Positions 50,701 through 64,000 of a stretch of DNA of 64,000 nucleotides are shown here, piece after piece (the stretch's first letter is position 1; each line of letters opens with the position of its first letter). Source of the stretch: Tubulanus polymorphus (lineage: Eukaryota; Animalia; Nemertea). Both the position numbers and the translations under genes were made by a program. Under the pieces are notes generated by a model, which saw nothing but the letters and a program-made list of their open reading frames with translations, was not told the DNA's origin and made no database searches. The stretch lies in NCBI RefSeq assembly GCF_964204645.1, contig NC_134030.1:4134778-4198777 (forward strand), in the 5' to 3' direction.

Positions 50701-51543
50701 GTTTCTTAGACATTTACATGAACTTACGTAGATTAAAAAAAACATCATATGTACTAACAACATAACGAGAGTGGATATGAATAATTTTCCCGGGGATTGT
50801 TCCACCGTCCTCACGTTCGACTTTGACATCAGTCCTACACAAAGTCAAAGCAAAAAACAACTTCGCATTCGATTCGGTTTGATTTGTAAAATACTTTAAT
50901 ATCTTAATATTAGTATATATTAATATAATAATGAAGCTACATATTTATCACTATATGATTTTATCTTTGAAATTAAGCTCAAAAGCGTTCGGATATACGT
51001 ACTAACAGTGCACGGTCAATGCACGTATATGCGTGGAATAATCATTTGGAATTACTCAAACGATTACTACACGGTATATTATGAAAACGAAGTAAGGTTT
51101 TAATTTGTTTAACTATAAACTGTTCATTGTCGCGCCTTTCAGTCAAAACAGACAAACATTCCCCGTTTACAATGACCAATCTTAATCTTGGAAATTCAAT
51201 TCAGAGTTTCCCAACTGTAAAAAAGGGGTTAATATATTCTCTAAAGCTGGCGATTGTTATGGATTGTGAACCCTAGCGCAAATTAACGGTGTACATGATT
51301 TATACATGACCTTATCTATGAAATTCACATGAAATATCAAAAATGATTATTTCACATGATGTTGATGTTATCACAACGCAACAAATAAAATAATCTCTCT
51401 CGCATAAGTAATACATTATGTCATCAATAACTCTTTGAAATAGAAGACATTTTTCATCATTGAAAAAGTATGAAAATGTTCTAATCGCGCTAGTTCGAGA
51501 CTAGAATTGTATATGAGAATCTATCCACAAAGCGAAGGAATTG

Positions 51544-53619
51544 TTAGCATTGTTCACACGATTCCTCGAAGTTATCATCATCAGCATCATCAGCATTATG
51601 AGCCAGAGCTTTGAGTAAAAGGCCGTCAGATTCAACTAAAAATATATTGAGAATGATACATATGTTATTCTATGCAAGTGTCAGTTGGAATTTGAGAATT
51701 TCCCTAGGTGACTAAGCAATTTGAGAAGTAATTCAAGCACGCACCGTTTCCGTCGGATTTTTCGTAATTTTTCTGTGGCCAGTGCAGTTCGACAAGTAGT
51801 TCATATAACAGCCCACCAATGATACAACCAATGATGGGCGCTACTATACCTATCCAGAAATAACCGTAATTTCTTATACTGAAATATCAAGGATTAAGAT
51901 GTCAGCTTTCTTTAAGATTGTGAAGATTTGTGGCTGTAACTCATTTTACGCTGGGCAGAACATGGACAGAGTTTCGAGTAAAAGAGCATCGGATTCAACA
52001 TAAAGTTATCATTTCAAAAGTTTCAGTTGTGATCACTTTTCTTTCTAATTGAATAAAGTAATTGTCCCGTACCTAAATGTTTCAACACCCCATCCGGCCA
52101 TTAGCGTAAACAATCTCGGTGGCAGATCTCTGGCCGGGTTTAGGATAGCGCCGGCATTACCGACGAATCCAGAAAGAAGAGCTATGATTGAAAATCCCAA
52201 TACGAACGGGAAAAGAGATTTCGACGGTGCAAATTCATTCCGTTGGTCGATTAAACCTAGAATAACATAGGCTAGAACTGCTGACGATACCACCTTTTGA
52301 AAAAGAGAAAATTATGAATTCATTACATGACAACATTTATTCATAATGCCGACCTACGCCCGGCTTTATGAATCGTATGAAAGAATATTTTTCAGATGTT
52401 TTTCCAAATCACTTTAAAAGGTTACCGTGTCCCATACGCAGGTACCGATGCTCGCATCTGGTCCCGGATATGTGGCAAATATGCCTGCAGTGGCGAGTGG
52501 ACCAGTCACATATCGTGTACCATTGTCCAGTGCATTTAAATCATCTACGAAATAAAAATGTTATTTCATGTATTTCAATAATGCTATTTCAATTGCAAAT
52601 TATTGTTAAAGAGGTGTTAAACAAATGCTTAGTTGCAAGTTAGGAACTGATCTCTAACAATAAAGAAGTGATGATTCCACTATGTTGTGGGGAGTTTCTC
52701 CAATTCAATTTTTGTCCGGTTTGCTCCACTCACCTACGATGTTTATGTAAATAACCGGACACGATAAAAACGAGCCGATGAGTTGGGCGCAGATGTAAAC
52801 GAGAACTTTCTTCCAAGGAAATCTACCGAGAACAGCGAACATGATTGTAACTGCCGGGTTGATGTGGCCACCTGTATGCACAAAATAACCGACATTTCAT
52901 ACACATTTCCGCTGATAGTTTAAAATAGGCTTCATTTAAGATTTCAAATTGATAATTCAGCTAACCTGATACACCGGCACACATGTAAACCCCCATCGCC
53001 ACTCCAATCCCATAGCCCCATTGAACCGTGTTTATATTACCGATGTGACGATTTTTACCTAGCACCATTTGAGCTACCCCGGAATTTCCTAGAAGCTATA
53101 TAAAAGAAGATTGTGTTACTTTTAACAGTACATGTAGACCCTAAAACTAGTTTTATTGTGAAACGTCTAATTTGACAGTAAAAGTATATATAGGGAAAAC
53201 TTGACAATATTGTTCATACCATTAAGGTAAAAGTGCCCAAGAGCTCAGCTAAAAATTCTCGCACATATACATTCGATATACGAAGCTTGGAAACAACTTT
53301 TTCCTTGAAGGATTTCTTCCTTTTACTGCCATCTGAAACTGGAACGACAACGTGGCTTTTGCAATGAATTATTTACGTTATGAATTTATCTGCACAGAAG
53401 TGAATATAATAAGCATTGATTTTGCAGGGTTAACAAATATGATGAATCTCGCTCATTCCCTCCCGCGGAGAGAGGCTAGCATAGACATATCTTATGATCA
53501 AAATATTACGATAGATAGAATTTAGATGAACAATGACATACTTAAGCTAGTTCGCAGTTTGAAATTATTAGCAAATGAAAATATTCCGAAAATAGCACTG
53601 GCCTACCTAAGTCTTCCAT
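51544..53619 (-). CDS. Aquaglyceroporin (AQP3/7/9/10-like)
   Basis: Exons 53619-53607, 53332-53220, 53095-52966, 52871-52734, 52544-52426, 52293-52073, 51878-51745, 51635-51544. Motifs REFLAELLGTF, SGGHINPAVT, AGIFATYP and NPARD (Asp after the second NPA-R marks glyceroporins). Confidence 0.93.
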
Positions 53620-54555
53620 GGCTGGCCTGGTGTAATACTGGCAGTCTAATGACTGGTGTCTTCTATAATCTTTACCGAGCTCGTATTCAAAGAAATGGTT
53701 ATTCTATTTCAATTATAGCCTATGTGTCTTGTCGGCCAAAACTCGTTTTCTGTTAGCTTTACTCTTACAATGTTTGAAAATGTTTAACCAAGGTGTTGAG
53801 TTCCATTTCTTTTTGAATTCAACGTAATCTTTTGTTAATTTCATAATACATCAAAAAATGTCGATGAATTAAAATATGTATTTTGTATCATTCACAGCAA
53901 TTCCAGAGCCTTCATTCCAAAGTTGGATTTTTTCCACCAAAAACAGGACACCTAGACAAGGCTGGACTGTGTCCTGAGATTTTTGAATCCGATGTTCCAG
54001 GGTAGAACATATTCAACTGGGTACCATCTGGCTAGCTCGGAGCCTCTATCTAGATTCAAACCAGGGGCAATGAATCTGGTGCCAACCCACCGGCCCTCGT
54101 AAATTTGTGTGCATGACTTCCCGAGTGAGTGACGCCCGGCGTTTCACCGCGGCTCTTTTAGTTCATTGCTATATGAAGCTAAACGTTTCTCGGTGGCTTT
54201 CTTCTGTTTTTGATTATGAGTGAGGCTAAAAAATGTGATGTTCGTTCCGATACGTCACACCCTCGAAATACTGAGGACTCACGAACCTATTGCATCCCGT
54301 GAAAGTTTGATAAGTTATTTAGACTGGCAACCAGTCTAATTTTCTATGCGAATAAAGTTTATTGTATTGTATTGTGTTGCGTTGCTTTGTACCCTGGTGA
54401 CTAGAATTGAGAACTCAGTAGCACTGGAACCAGGAAGTGAAATTTGAGGAGTCTGCTGATCTGTCAGTTTTCAGTTGCTGATGTTTGTTCTAGTGATTAT
54501 TTCAGCATGATTTAAACGGCGTTAATTTAAGTGAAGTCGACGTAACCGTCCAGCT

Positions 54556-57500
54556 ATGCCTTCCATACCGATTGGAATACATGTGGTGCAAAAATGCCCG
54601 CCTCCTTGTTGCAACAGAACTTTAGGGTAAGTTTCGAATTCGAGATTTTGGGACGGATCAAGGAGAGTTCAAAAGATGTGACGTGTTAGAATTATTCATT
54701 TCACCGCACCCATGTTACGGGGTAAATCAGGAAAACTATCGGAAAGAATATTTCCCGGTTTGGATATATTTAGGAATGTGATATATTTCTTCTCCGTCCG
54801 CTCTGGATCGGTAAATTCTTCTTCAAAAATAAAATCACGTAGTATAGTTCTGGAGAGTCATTTGCTCGCTCAAAAGGGCAACTTTCTTCGACAGCAATAT
54901 TTTATTACAAACCACCTTCACCATTAAAGTGTTGATATCTCTGTCATATCGTTAATAGTTTGTTCATTTTAGGTCCAATTTCCATTCGGAAAGATCGAAT
55001 TTTGAATTAGGCCTATGGGAATAATGTTATAAAGTGTTTCTGTTGGTTTTTATTTCAGATATCGCGTGTTCATTCTGGTGCTTACATTTCTTTGTTACAT
55101 GTCATACCATTTATCTCGAAGACCGATAAGTGTTGTCAAGGTAGATATCATATAAATCTCAAGAATTTTAGTCTAAAAATCTTAAGAAATACTTTGGAGG
55201 GAACTGTTTGTTTTTGTGTGTGTACTTAATGACCCGATCTAGTGAGTAAGCTCAGGTATGCGTTAGGTGTATTTAGGAGTCGCGATACTTCCTTATTCCT
55301 GGTATTCAGTTTGATAATGAAAATGTATGAATTTATGCTTGTTGTTAGACACCTACTAGGCATACAAAGGAACTAGATCTTTTTATAGATTGGTTGTTTG
55401 AATCAGAATCGAGAAGTGGTGGTTTGGAACCCAGTGAAGCCTATTCAAAAGTCTATTTTTTTGTGTAAATTCGTGTTAAGACCAATATTGTATGTGTTCT
55501 GAAGATTATGCGAAATATTCCAAAAAGTCAATCCCAGACAAAAATTGATAGAATTTAGTATCAAACCATTGGTCTTAAACATAAGTGTTAGGTGAATCTG
55601 TACATCGTCTGGTATCCAGATTACAGCGAGACCTAGTTAGTTACTTAATCGTTGGGGGTAAGCTTTTTATAATCGGATGGGCTTATACCAACGTGAAAAT
55701 ATCCGATTGTGAAACTAAACCACAGACGGGACTGAGCGAGATCATGCTATCCAGTCAGGACATGTCAGTGAACTTCCCGATGCACTGATCTAACAATAAA
55801 ATCTGAGGCGCAAAAACGTCAAATTTGATCTCAGCGGTTGATTACAGCGAGACAGGTGTCTATATCCTACGTAAGCTTTATGATTTGATTTATCTGTTTT
55901 TCAGAGTGTTTTACACAGAAACTGTTCGAAATTGATACCACCACCGCATGTAGCAAACAATAAAACATGGTGCGAGTGGCCGCCATTTGGTAAGCGACTG
56001 AATCCGTCTCAAATGATTCAAGTTTCTCGAAAGCCGTAGAAAATACTCCGTTGTGTTATTGTTATTTCAGATGGTGAAAACTACCATCAGTTGTACGGTG
56101 GCCTCGACTATGCGTACTTGTTCTCCTATGCAATTAGTATGTTTTTCTGGTAAGATTTTTCATTTTAAGTGATTGATAATTCTTTATAGGTCTAGACCGT
56201 AATTTCTATTTCGATTCTGCTAATAGCCTACCGTACAATTAACTACATTTATGTCCCGTGATTGATACCTATACGGTATTTCCATAAGCTATGTTAATTA
56301 ATTCATTTGTGAACATGTCACATGCACTCAGTGTAATATATATATATATATATATCAGTCAATATGTGCACCTAATTTACGTGTTGCAATGGTTGAATTA
56401 AGTTAATTATTCCTAGCTCTTCCTCAGTTCATTGAAATACGTACACTGTTGTCCTGTACATGATTTTGATTACAGAATTCCTAATGTCAATTGGCTCTTA
56501 TGTATTCATGTGACACTACTTTTATTACCGGGTATAGGCAATACTTTAGTTGTCCTAGATTCCTCTCAGCATTAATCGATAATCTTCCTATTCTGTTTTA
56601 TCTCGTCCTAATTACCACTCTGCGCTGACTCGGTATTGTGACAATAATCATTTCCAATGTTTAATAAGTCGTAAACCAACTCCGATATGATGTCCGATAG
56701 ATAAAAACATGTGTCTGTCTTTTTATCGACTACGGAAGGTAGTCAAATTAGACCCTTGGATTCACGACCCCGGTCGAAGAAAAACATTAGAAATTCCCGG
56801 GTTTTTTTAAATGAATGCAAGACAATTTGATGTTAAAATATGAGATTAGAACATGAGATTTTTTCTGATTTTTTTTCAGTGGACAAATTGCTGAACGAAT
56901 GAATCTTCGTCATTTTCTTGGTTTTGGTATGCTGCTCAGTGGGGTATTTACAGCTGCATTTGGAATGGGTTATTTCTTCCATTTCCACTCGTATGGATTT
57001 TATGTCGGTGTTCAGGTTGGTGTGAAAGGAAAATCATTCATTTTTACAGGTTCAATTATTCAGCAAAGTTTAAAAGGTGCTGCAGTCAAATGGTTTAAGC
57101 CATCATCGCCTTTGTCAGTTCCGGGTTCATGGGTTCGAATCATTGTAGCGGCAACATTTTCTTGGTCGGAGGTTCTTCTCTGGCCTGCCTCCCCTTAATT
57201 GAGAAGAAGAACCCTTGACTGGTTGACAATGGCCCAAGGAGGGTGGGTTGAAAGATGAAAAAGTGAAATATTTCTTACCGCTAGTCAAATAGGTAGAATA
57301 AATGTATTTTGTCCCGAATTGTTTGGGATAAACAACAAATCAATGAACCAATTTCAACCGGTATGTGTGTTGTACCTGTATTTTGGATACTGGTATTCCT
57401 TACAGATTGAGTTTCACTCTGAGCCATCTTTAACAAGTAAAACATCCATGCACTGATTGTATTTTATATTTGCTAATCAAAAAGCTTATCAATGCACTGT

Positions 57501-57770
57501 CAGGATATTTTATCGGTAAAAAAATTACTTGTTCAAACCAAGAAGTTTTATCTTATATTGACCAAAAATAAGTCCGATTCGTCAACCTTGACTGGTGTGT
57601 TATCTAATCGTGTAACTTGTATAGTAGCTTTTAGAATGGCAATTATCAGGGTCACAATACAAAAAAAATAAATTCCACTTCCGCATGTCTGTCATTCATA
57701 TTTTTTGAAATATTTCTAAGCCCGAAATGAGATCCGAATCAATTTTGTGTTCTTATGTATAGATATATAT

Positions 57771-57853
<83 letters not shown>

Positions 57854-60800
57854 TCAAAAATACGTAGTTTTGATATCCCATAAACTTTAAATCTGTTTAT
57901 AATAGGCCTATTTTGATTTTGTTTTTTATAGGTACTCGGGGGTATGTTTCAGGCTACTGGTTGGCCTAGCGTTGTCACTGGTGTAGCTAACTGGTTTGGT
58001 AAAGGAAAGTAAGTTCATGTACTATTATACCCGGTACTCTTTTTTCTACAGAACTGTATATTACCACAAAACCAGTCATTCTAATACTTGTTTTCTCTTA
58101 AGCTTGCGTACGCTTTTTGCCTTCTCGATGTAGAATATGATAGAATAACTAATGAGTGTATGTGTAACGTTTTTTTCTATTTCTTGTGCAGACGTGGTTT
58201 CATAATGGGAGTATGGAACTCGCATACATCTGTCGGCAACATTCTCGGTTCAATAATACCGGCAATCTGGGTGAATGATGAATGGGGCTGGTCGTTCGTC
58301 GTACCCGGAATTATAATCTTCACGCTCGGTGTCGTCGTTCTACTATTCTTCATTCCATGTGAGTATGCTGTCACTATAAACTACGATCCTGCCTCGCTCG
58401 GCCGAGATTCCAACCTGATCGTATTGCGAGACTCGTATTGCGAGGCGATATGACCTCTGTGCGTATAGCTGCCAGAATAGTCCTTCGAAATTATTAGTAC
58501 CAATCAGATTACCTGTTCAGGGTGGGCACGCTTATCTTGAAATCAAGGAAAAGTCGGGGCATTTTGTAAAAAAAGCTAAAAATTAGGGATAATTCAGAGA
58601 AATTTTTTGTTTTAACTAAATTGCTCGTAAAATTAACAGTTACTGTCTATGTTTTACATATTTGACTGTGTTAATCGATTGGATTCTTAGCAGATCAAGT
58701 CAGGGAAAACAACGTTCATGTCAGGGAATAGTCAGGGAAAAAAGCATCTCTGATAAAAGTGGACACCCTGCTGTTGTATAATCACTTAGATAAATCCTAG
58801 AATAGATCGACCCGGGCTGAAATAAAAATAAAACTTGATTGATTACTTAATATTGGCTGAAAATGACATCAAGGCAACTATGTGCGCACTGGAACTATTC
58901 AGGCATGGGTTCTACGATCTGCCGAGAGCATTTTCTGAAATATATTCCGAACATTGTTTGTCACACCCTGTGTGCTAACTAACCTTTCTCTTACAGATCC
59001 GGAAGATGTAGGTTGCATACCACCCGACCATCATAAGGTACAAATCTTATTCCCATTCTACTGTCCACAGTTGCTTAAAAGTTGTTTGAAATAAACCAGA
59101 TATCAGTATATGCCGTAGTTAAATTGCAGTTTTGATAGCTAGTATGTCAGTTTAGTTTACCACTGGTTAAAATTTCTGACAAAGTTTGAGTAACCCATAT
59201 TTTTGCACCCGTATTTTTAAGTATAAACAGTCTTTATTTATTCTATACGTTAACATCTCCTCTACATCTCCTCTGATGGGGTATAGGCTATTTGGTTTGA
59301 GCAACTTGAGACCATTTTCCATCACCTGCACAGGTTGTGGGTCGTATCTCATGTATATTCACATGTCTGATTATTTCAGCCGGTGTCTACTTACAATATC
59401 AATGACAGTACAGCAGCATACAGTCACGCTTCGACGTCTGCTGAGAATGGTGGATATACAGTTGCCGTGAACACAGATGACTATGACTACGATCCGAATA
59501 CTGTACGTGCTTAATCGCGTTATAGCCTGTCGTCATGCTTCCCATGAAATGAACTTGAACTTAAATAAATTCCCGTTTTATTGAAAGCAATTTCGGTAGA
59601 TTATGTTTACCGCGGGTAGATTGTTTACCGCGAAGTTGGCTATTTTCTTCCAATTGTCGTGTATTCCGGACAAAATGTTTAGAATTTACTGCCCGAGGTT
59701 GAATTTATTGCACCATGTCAAATCTGAGGCGGGCGAAGTCTACTGTGCATCTATTTTCCTCAAACATTTTACCAGATACAGAAGTCAAATTGACTCATGT
59801 ATTTATAAGGATGAGCTTTTGATCTCTAATATCCAAACATTATTTTAAGTCCAGTTTTAGTTAAGTGCATTCGCATTAGGTCCAGGAATATTGACTTGCT
59901 ATGAATATTCGAATCTTAAATAGTTTTCTATTCTGATCTATGTGTATACTGATGTATGTATTTGTGTTGTTTTTCGTATAGACTGAAGAAGACAGACTGA
60001 TCAACAATGAGATAGCACCACCTCTGTCACCTAATCCTGATCTACATCAAGCGATTTCGTTTCGGAGAGCTTTGACAATTCCGGTTAGTAGAATGTGTCA
60101 AATCATGTGTAATTGTGGTATTACGCAATAGCGGGGCTATGAGACTACTACAGAAGTCATGCAGCATATCAATCTTACTATACATAGACCGATCCTTATG
60201 TAACGGGTATAAAAAGTAAAATATTGAACAGCTTGGCACTTGTGGATAAATCAATAAATGAAATTGAAAGTGCCTTTCATGTACGTACCAGATTTCCGAG
60301 GCCAAGCTGTTAGTACACTTGCAATAAAACGAAGTATTTTATTAAGCAATTGACATATATAGTTTTTAACTCTTTTTTACAGGGCGTTATTGAGTTTGCG
60401 TTGGTTTTATTCTTTGCGAAGTTAGTCAGTTATACTTTTCTGTTTTGGTTACCAGAGTACATCAATGAGAGTAGTAAATGTACGTATTGAAGAGCGTTAT
60501 AAACTAGATTTCTTCGACTGGGATTAGCATTTCTAAATATAGCGTCAAAATGAGCGTTACGAAAGTGTTATTGAATTTGAAAATCAGCAAAATTTTCTCA
60601 TCTTATTTCAGCGCATTTCGATGCACAGAAAGCGGCTGATTTGTCAGCGTTGTTTGATGTAGGTGGTATAATTGGGGGAATATTAGCCGGTGTAATCTCT
60701 GATTTGACGGGAGCTCGTGCTTCCACTTGCCTAGTCATGTTAGCATTAGCTGCGCCTATGGTTAGTACTAATGATCAGGACCCAGTTTTACCCTTCTCAA

Positions 60801-63250
60801 TTTATAGTATTTTATTTTAGGGTTAAAAGATTGGGAATTAACTTATTGTAACCTTAACTGGGCTCAATTTCGCCTTAAACTGGAATTTTGAATTGATATC
60901 AATTTGAAGTTTGAAGTGTTTTTCCCTGGGATTTAAATATTCAGCCGTTCCTAATGGATTTTACATCAAATAAAATGTATCTTTCTATCTTTTCAGATGT
61001 TTTTATACGAACAATTTGGTAATACAAGTATGACGAGCTTTGTGGGTAAGTGCATAGATTATTTGTATGAAGTTCAAGGTTCTACAGAGTCAAAAAAAGT
61101 TCAGTTCAAATGTTTTAGCCCTGGACTAGTCAAATTTTGGAACAAGGTCCAGAATAGCGAATGAGCATCAGCTAGTTCACTGAATTGATTTGTCATTATT
61201 TTCAGCACTATTGATGGCGACAGGTCTCTTAGTTAACGGTCCGTATGCGCTCATCACAACAGCTGTGTCAGCAGATCTCGGAACTCATAAAAGCCTACAG
61301 GGAAATTCTAAAGCACTGGCTACAGTGACCGCTATAATCGATGGTACAGGCTCGATGGGTATGTGTATCATCATATTCATACTCAACACAATCTAATAAT
61401 GTTGAAATTGTTTTGAAACTTCGAAATAGTCCATCAACGTCATAAGGTAGAGTGAAGCATCTCCCAGGCACATCGTCACAGCTGTGACAGGTCTGACATG
61501 TGTGGGGCCATAATTTAAGAATAAACATTTCATAGATAAGCTGAAATATATTTTATGTAATGGGAGGTACCACTAAGCTATCATTTGCACAGATGATGGG
61601 ATACTAGTCTACAACACTTCTAGTAAAAACAACTACTTGTCAAATATAAGTTCCAACCCTATTGAAATATAAAGGGGTGATCCATAAATTGTGTATAAAT
61701 GCATTGAGGGTGTCAAAAAAGGGTTCGCAAATGTCTAAAATGAGATATTGAGTTTTTGTGTTATGTTTTATTTAGGTGCTGCATTGGGTCCACTGGTGAC
61801 TGGTTTTATTTCTGATTCACTTGGCTGGAATTGGGTGTTTCGTATGTTAATACTAGCCGACCTACTCGCCCTCGTTGTAAGTGCTTATATCCTCATTTCG
61901 AAAGAATACCCGAAACTGAAAGCGAAATACTTATCGTATCAATCTCGATATCAAATCTCAGCTGCCGTCTTACGCCGCGGTCTTATTTTCATCAGCGTCA
62001 CACTCTTAATCATCGTTGGCATTTACTTTGCACGTTACTATGAACAGAAGCAACGTGTTAACAAAATAGTAGTTCTAAAGAGTTAAAGCTTAAAGCGATG
62101 GTGGAACTAGATGAATACAGTCAAACTTGGTTAAGGCGCCAATGTGATCACATCTTTAAAAGTAATCAATATTTTCGAGTCCCAAATGTAAGTCGTCATT
62201 TGTACAAGTCAACTACATGATGATGATCTCAAGTATGATCACTTTGACTGTATTTTCTCTTAAAGAATATAGTTGCCATGGCTCCAACTTTGGTCCGAAT
62301 GTAACTGGAACAATCCTTGATATGAACGTTATGTACTTTATTTACTTAAAATACTAGGGCAGTCCCCTCATTAGTTTTATGGATGCTCTGCTCACCAGAG
62401 GAATCTATTTTAAACATTACTAACACTTAAATCGTCACTTCGAGCAAAATAATACATTCCATTTACAGTAGGCTCCGTTCTAATCGGATCTGATCAACTC
62501 GGATGATAACATTTAGCTCATGAGATTTCTGATCCTATACATGAATTATGTACAATCCATCTCTGAAAAATGTTCACAGTCTAAAAACATCCAACTCAAG
62601 CGGAGTCTACTGTAATTTATCATTTCCCAGTTTTAAGGTCGCATTTGTGTTTACTGAATATTTATTAAAGTTGAGTTGAAATAGATTTTTATATATTTGT
62701 TTAATCTTAATGTTTCATCATATTCTGATTTTAACATCTATTTATTTTATGTTCATCGCTCTTTGCGCAAATTAGTCTTTATTTTATCTGTGAGATTTGT
62801 TTACTTTTTCTGCCGCTCTTCTAGATATTTGTGTCCGTGAGACGTTTTCACATTTTAGCATATTAAAAGATGGTTTTATATTTTTATCAAGACCAAAGTG
62901 AATGATCAATTTCTATCAAAGTTTAATAGCATGTATGAGGGAACTTCTTGCGCCTTGAAAGTGCCATTAGCTTTTCGAATATAAACAAAACTTTTGTACC
63001 TTATATAAACTTGGTTAGAGGGTCTATTTTATATAGGAAAAATATGAACTAAATGCTATGTATTCACATAACTTAGGAATAAAATCGGCGTGTTATTTCA
63101 CAAAACAAATTTGTTTGACCTTGTTTTATTTTTTCTCTTTCACAGTGTCTCATACGATTGGTTGTTAAGGAATTCATGCACTGTTGTGGTCGCAAGGTGC
63201 TTGCGGTTTCCGGACCCAGATACGGACCAACAGAAGATCACTCTGAATAG
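54556..63250 (+). CDS. SLC37A2: SLC37-family sugar-phosphate/phosphate exchanger (SLC37A1/A2-like)
   Basis: Exons 54556-54626, 55059-55140, 55905-55989, 56071-56149, 56880-57015, 57932-58008, 58192-58358, 58997-59037, 59380-59502, 59982-60083, 60383-60473, 60612-60760, 60997-61045, 61206-61358, 61776-61876, 63146-63250. Motifs YHLSRRPISVVK, QATGWPSVV, GVWNSHTSVGNILGS, FAKLVSYTFLFWLP, NGPYALITTAVSADLG, TAIIDGTGSMGAALGP. Paralogue assignment within SLC37A1/A2 is uncertain. Confidence 0.93.
55635..55725 (+). repeat. Dispersed repeat, copy 2 (SLC37 intron 2)
   Basis: Matches 36008-36110 apart from a short indel. Confidence 0.8.
57078..57270 (+). mobile_element. Probable tRNA-derived SINE remnant
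   Basis: A-box-like gcagtcaaatggtttaag and B-box gggttcgaatc about 50 nt apart, with a GC-richer body inside an AT-rich intron. Confidence 0.35.
57763..57851. repeat. (TA)n microsatellite
   Basis: About 90 bp of nearly pure TA repeats; shorter runs near 7560-7580 and 56335-56354. Confidence 0.95.
58518..58770. mobile_element. hAT-like MITE with 5-bp TSD CTGTT
   Basis: ctgtt|cagggtgggcac...gtggacaccctg|ctgtt, with internal gtcagggaa repeats. Confidence 0.75.
62118..62250. mobile_element. Tc1/mariner-type MITE, degenerate
   Basis: TA|cagtcaaa...tttgactg|TA. Confidence 0.5.
62466..62612. mobile_element. Tc1/mariner-type MITE related to 35026-35186
   Basis: TA|cagtaggctccg...cggagtctactg|TA. 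Confidence 0.6.
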
Positions 63251-64000
63251 ATCGGTCCCTACCGGAGATTCAATTTTAATCGACTCTGAGCTCTTGTCGT
63301 TAATGGAAATCTATGACAAACCTCGCAGGGCTGAAACGCGTAGATATAAGATGGTTTAAAAAAGATTGAATGATATGAATTTTTCGTATTTATGGTACAA
63401 TCCAGATCAATTTAATCGGGTATCTACTGCCGTGGATTCGGGGCAAATTTTACGCAACGACATTATTAACAGACGTCACGGTGATCACACGCGGCATATT
63501 GCCTGTCTTAATTGGCGGTCAACCGTTACGTCAGATGTGACGTCACGTGAATAGGGTCTACGTCTGGTTATAAGCTTGGACTCTTTCTTTTAAGACTCCA
63601 TGATATAACTTAACTCATGTGTACTATATATACGACATGCTGCTCAGTATTTACAGCGCAAATTGTGATATTCATTGACTTTCATTTTATTATAAACTGG
63701 CCGCATTAACGTGTAGACTTCGCTTCCACGTAACATAATGTTTAGATAGTAAGGGGCCGCATTTGCCGGTTAGGTTTTATTTTCTTAATTTCGATGATAG
63801 CAAATTCTTTAACTATTTAACGTCATCAACATTTTCCGAAAGATTTCGTCACTAATTCAGTGATTTTTAGACGGAATAAACCTTAGATTACATTTAAAGG
63901 TTTACCGAAAGGTTTTTAGCATGTGAATGATTATGAAATGTCAGCGTTTAATCTGATGTTTTATTTATTGTTGTTGTTTTTTTTTTACGTCGATGTGATT

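Noticed and set aside
4617-57910. Recurrent TAGGCCTA octamer
   Set aside because: Short palindrome scattered without positional pattern; treated as genome-wide compositional background.

Overview
Eukaryotic, AT-rich invertebrate genomic DNA with short GT-AG introns; a lophotrochozoan or similar marine invertebrate is an inference, not shown by the sequence. The left part (about 6-22 kb) is a fast-evolving block. It holds three tandem paralogues of a secreted ~395-399 aa protein joining a three-repeat dermatopontin/haemagglutinin-amoebocyte-aggregation-factor domain to a Ser/Thr-rich aerolysin/ETX-MTX2-like beta-pore-forming domain, which is the main candidate novel system. It also holds a very divergent SLC16/MCT-like MFS gene whose stop codon comes from a MITE, an intronless TRPV-like channel and an orphan ORF. 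The rest carries conserved genes: an SLC45 transporter, AARSD1 head-to-head with CRPPA/ISPD, DAZAP2, NHLH/NSCL bHLH with a ~10 kb non-coding flank, tRNA-Val(AAC), and an aquaglyceroporin head-to-head with SLC37A. Several MITE families and two Penelope-type minimal hammerhead ribozyme motifs (one intact, one decayed) are also present. Exon structures were read by eye from splice signals and frame continuity; no database searches were run.
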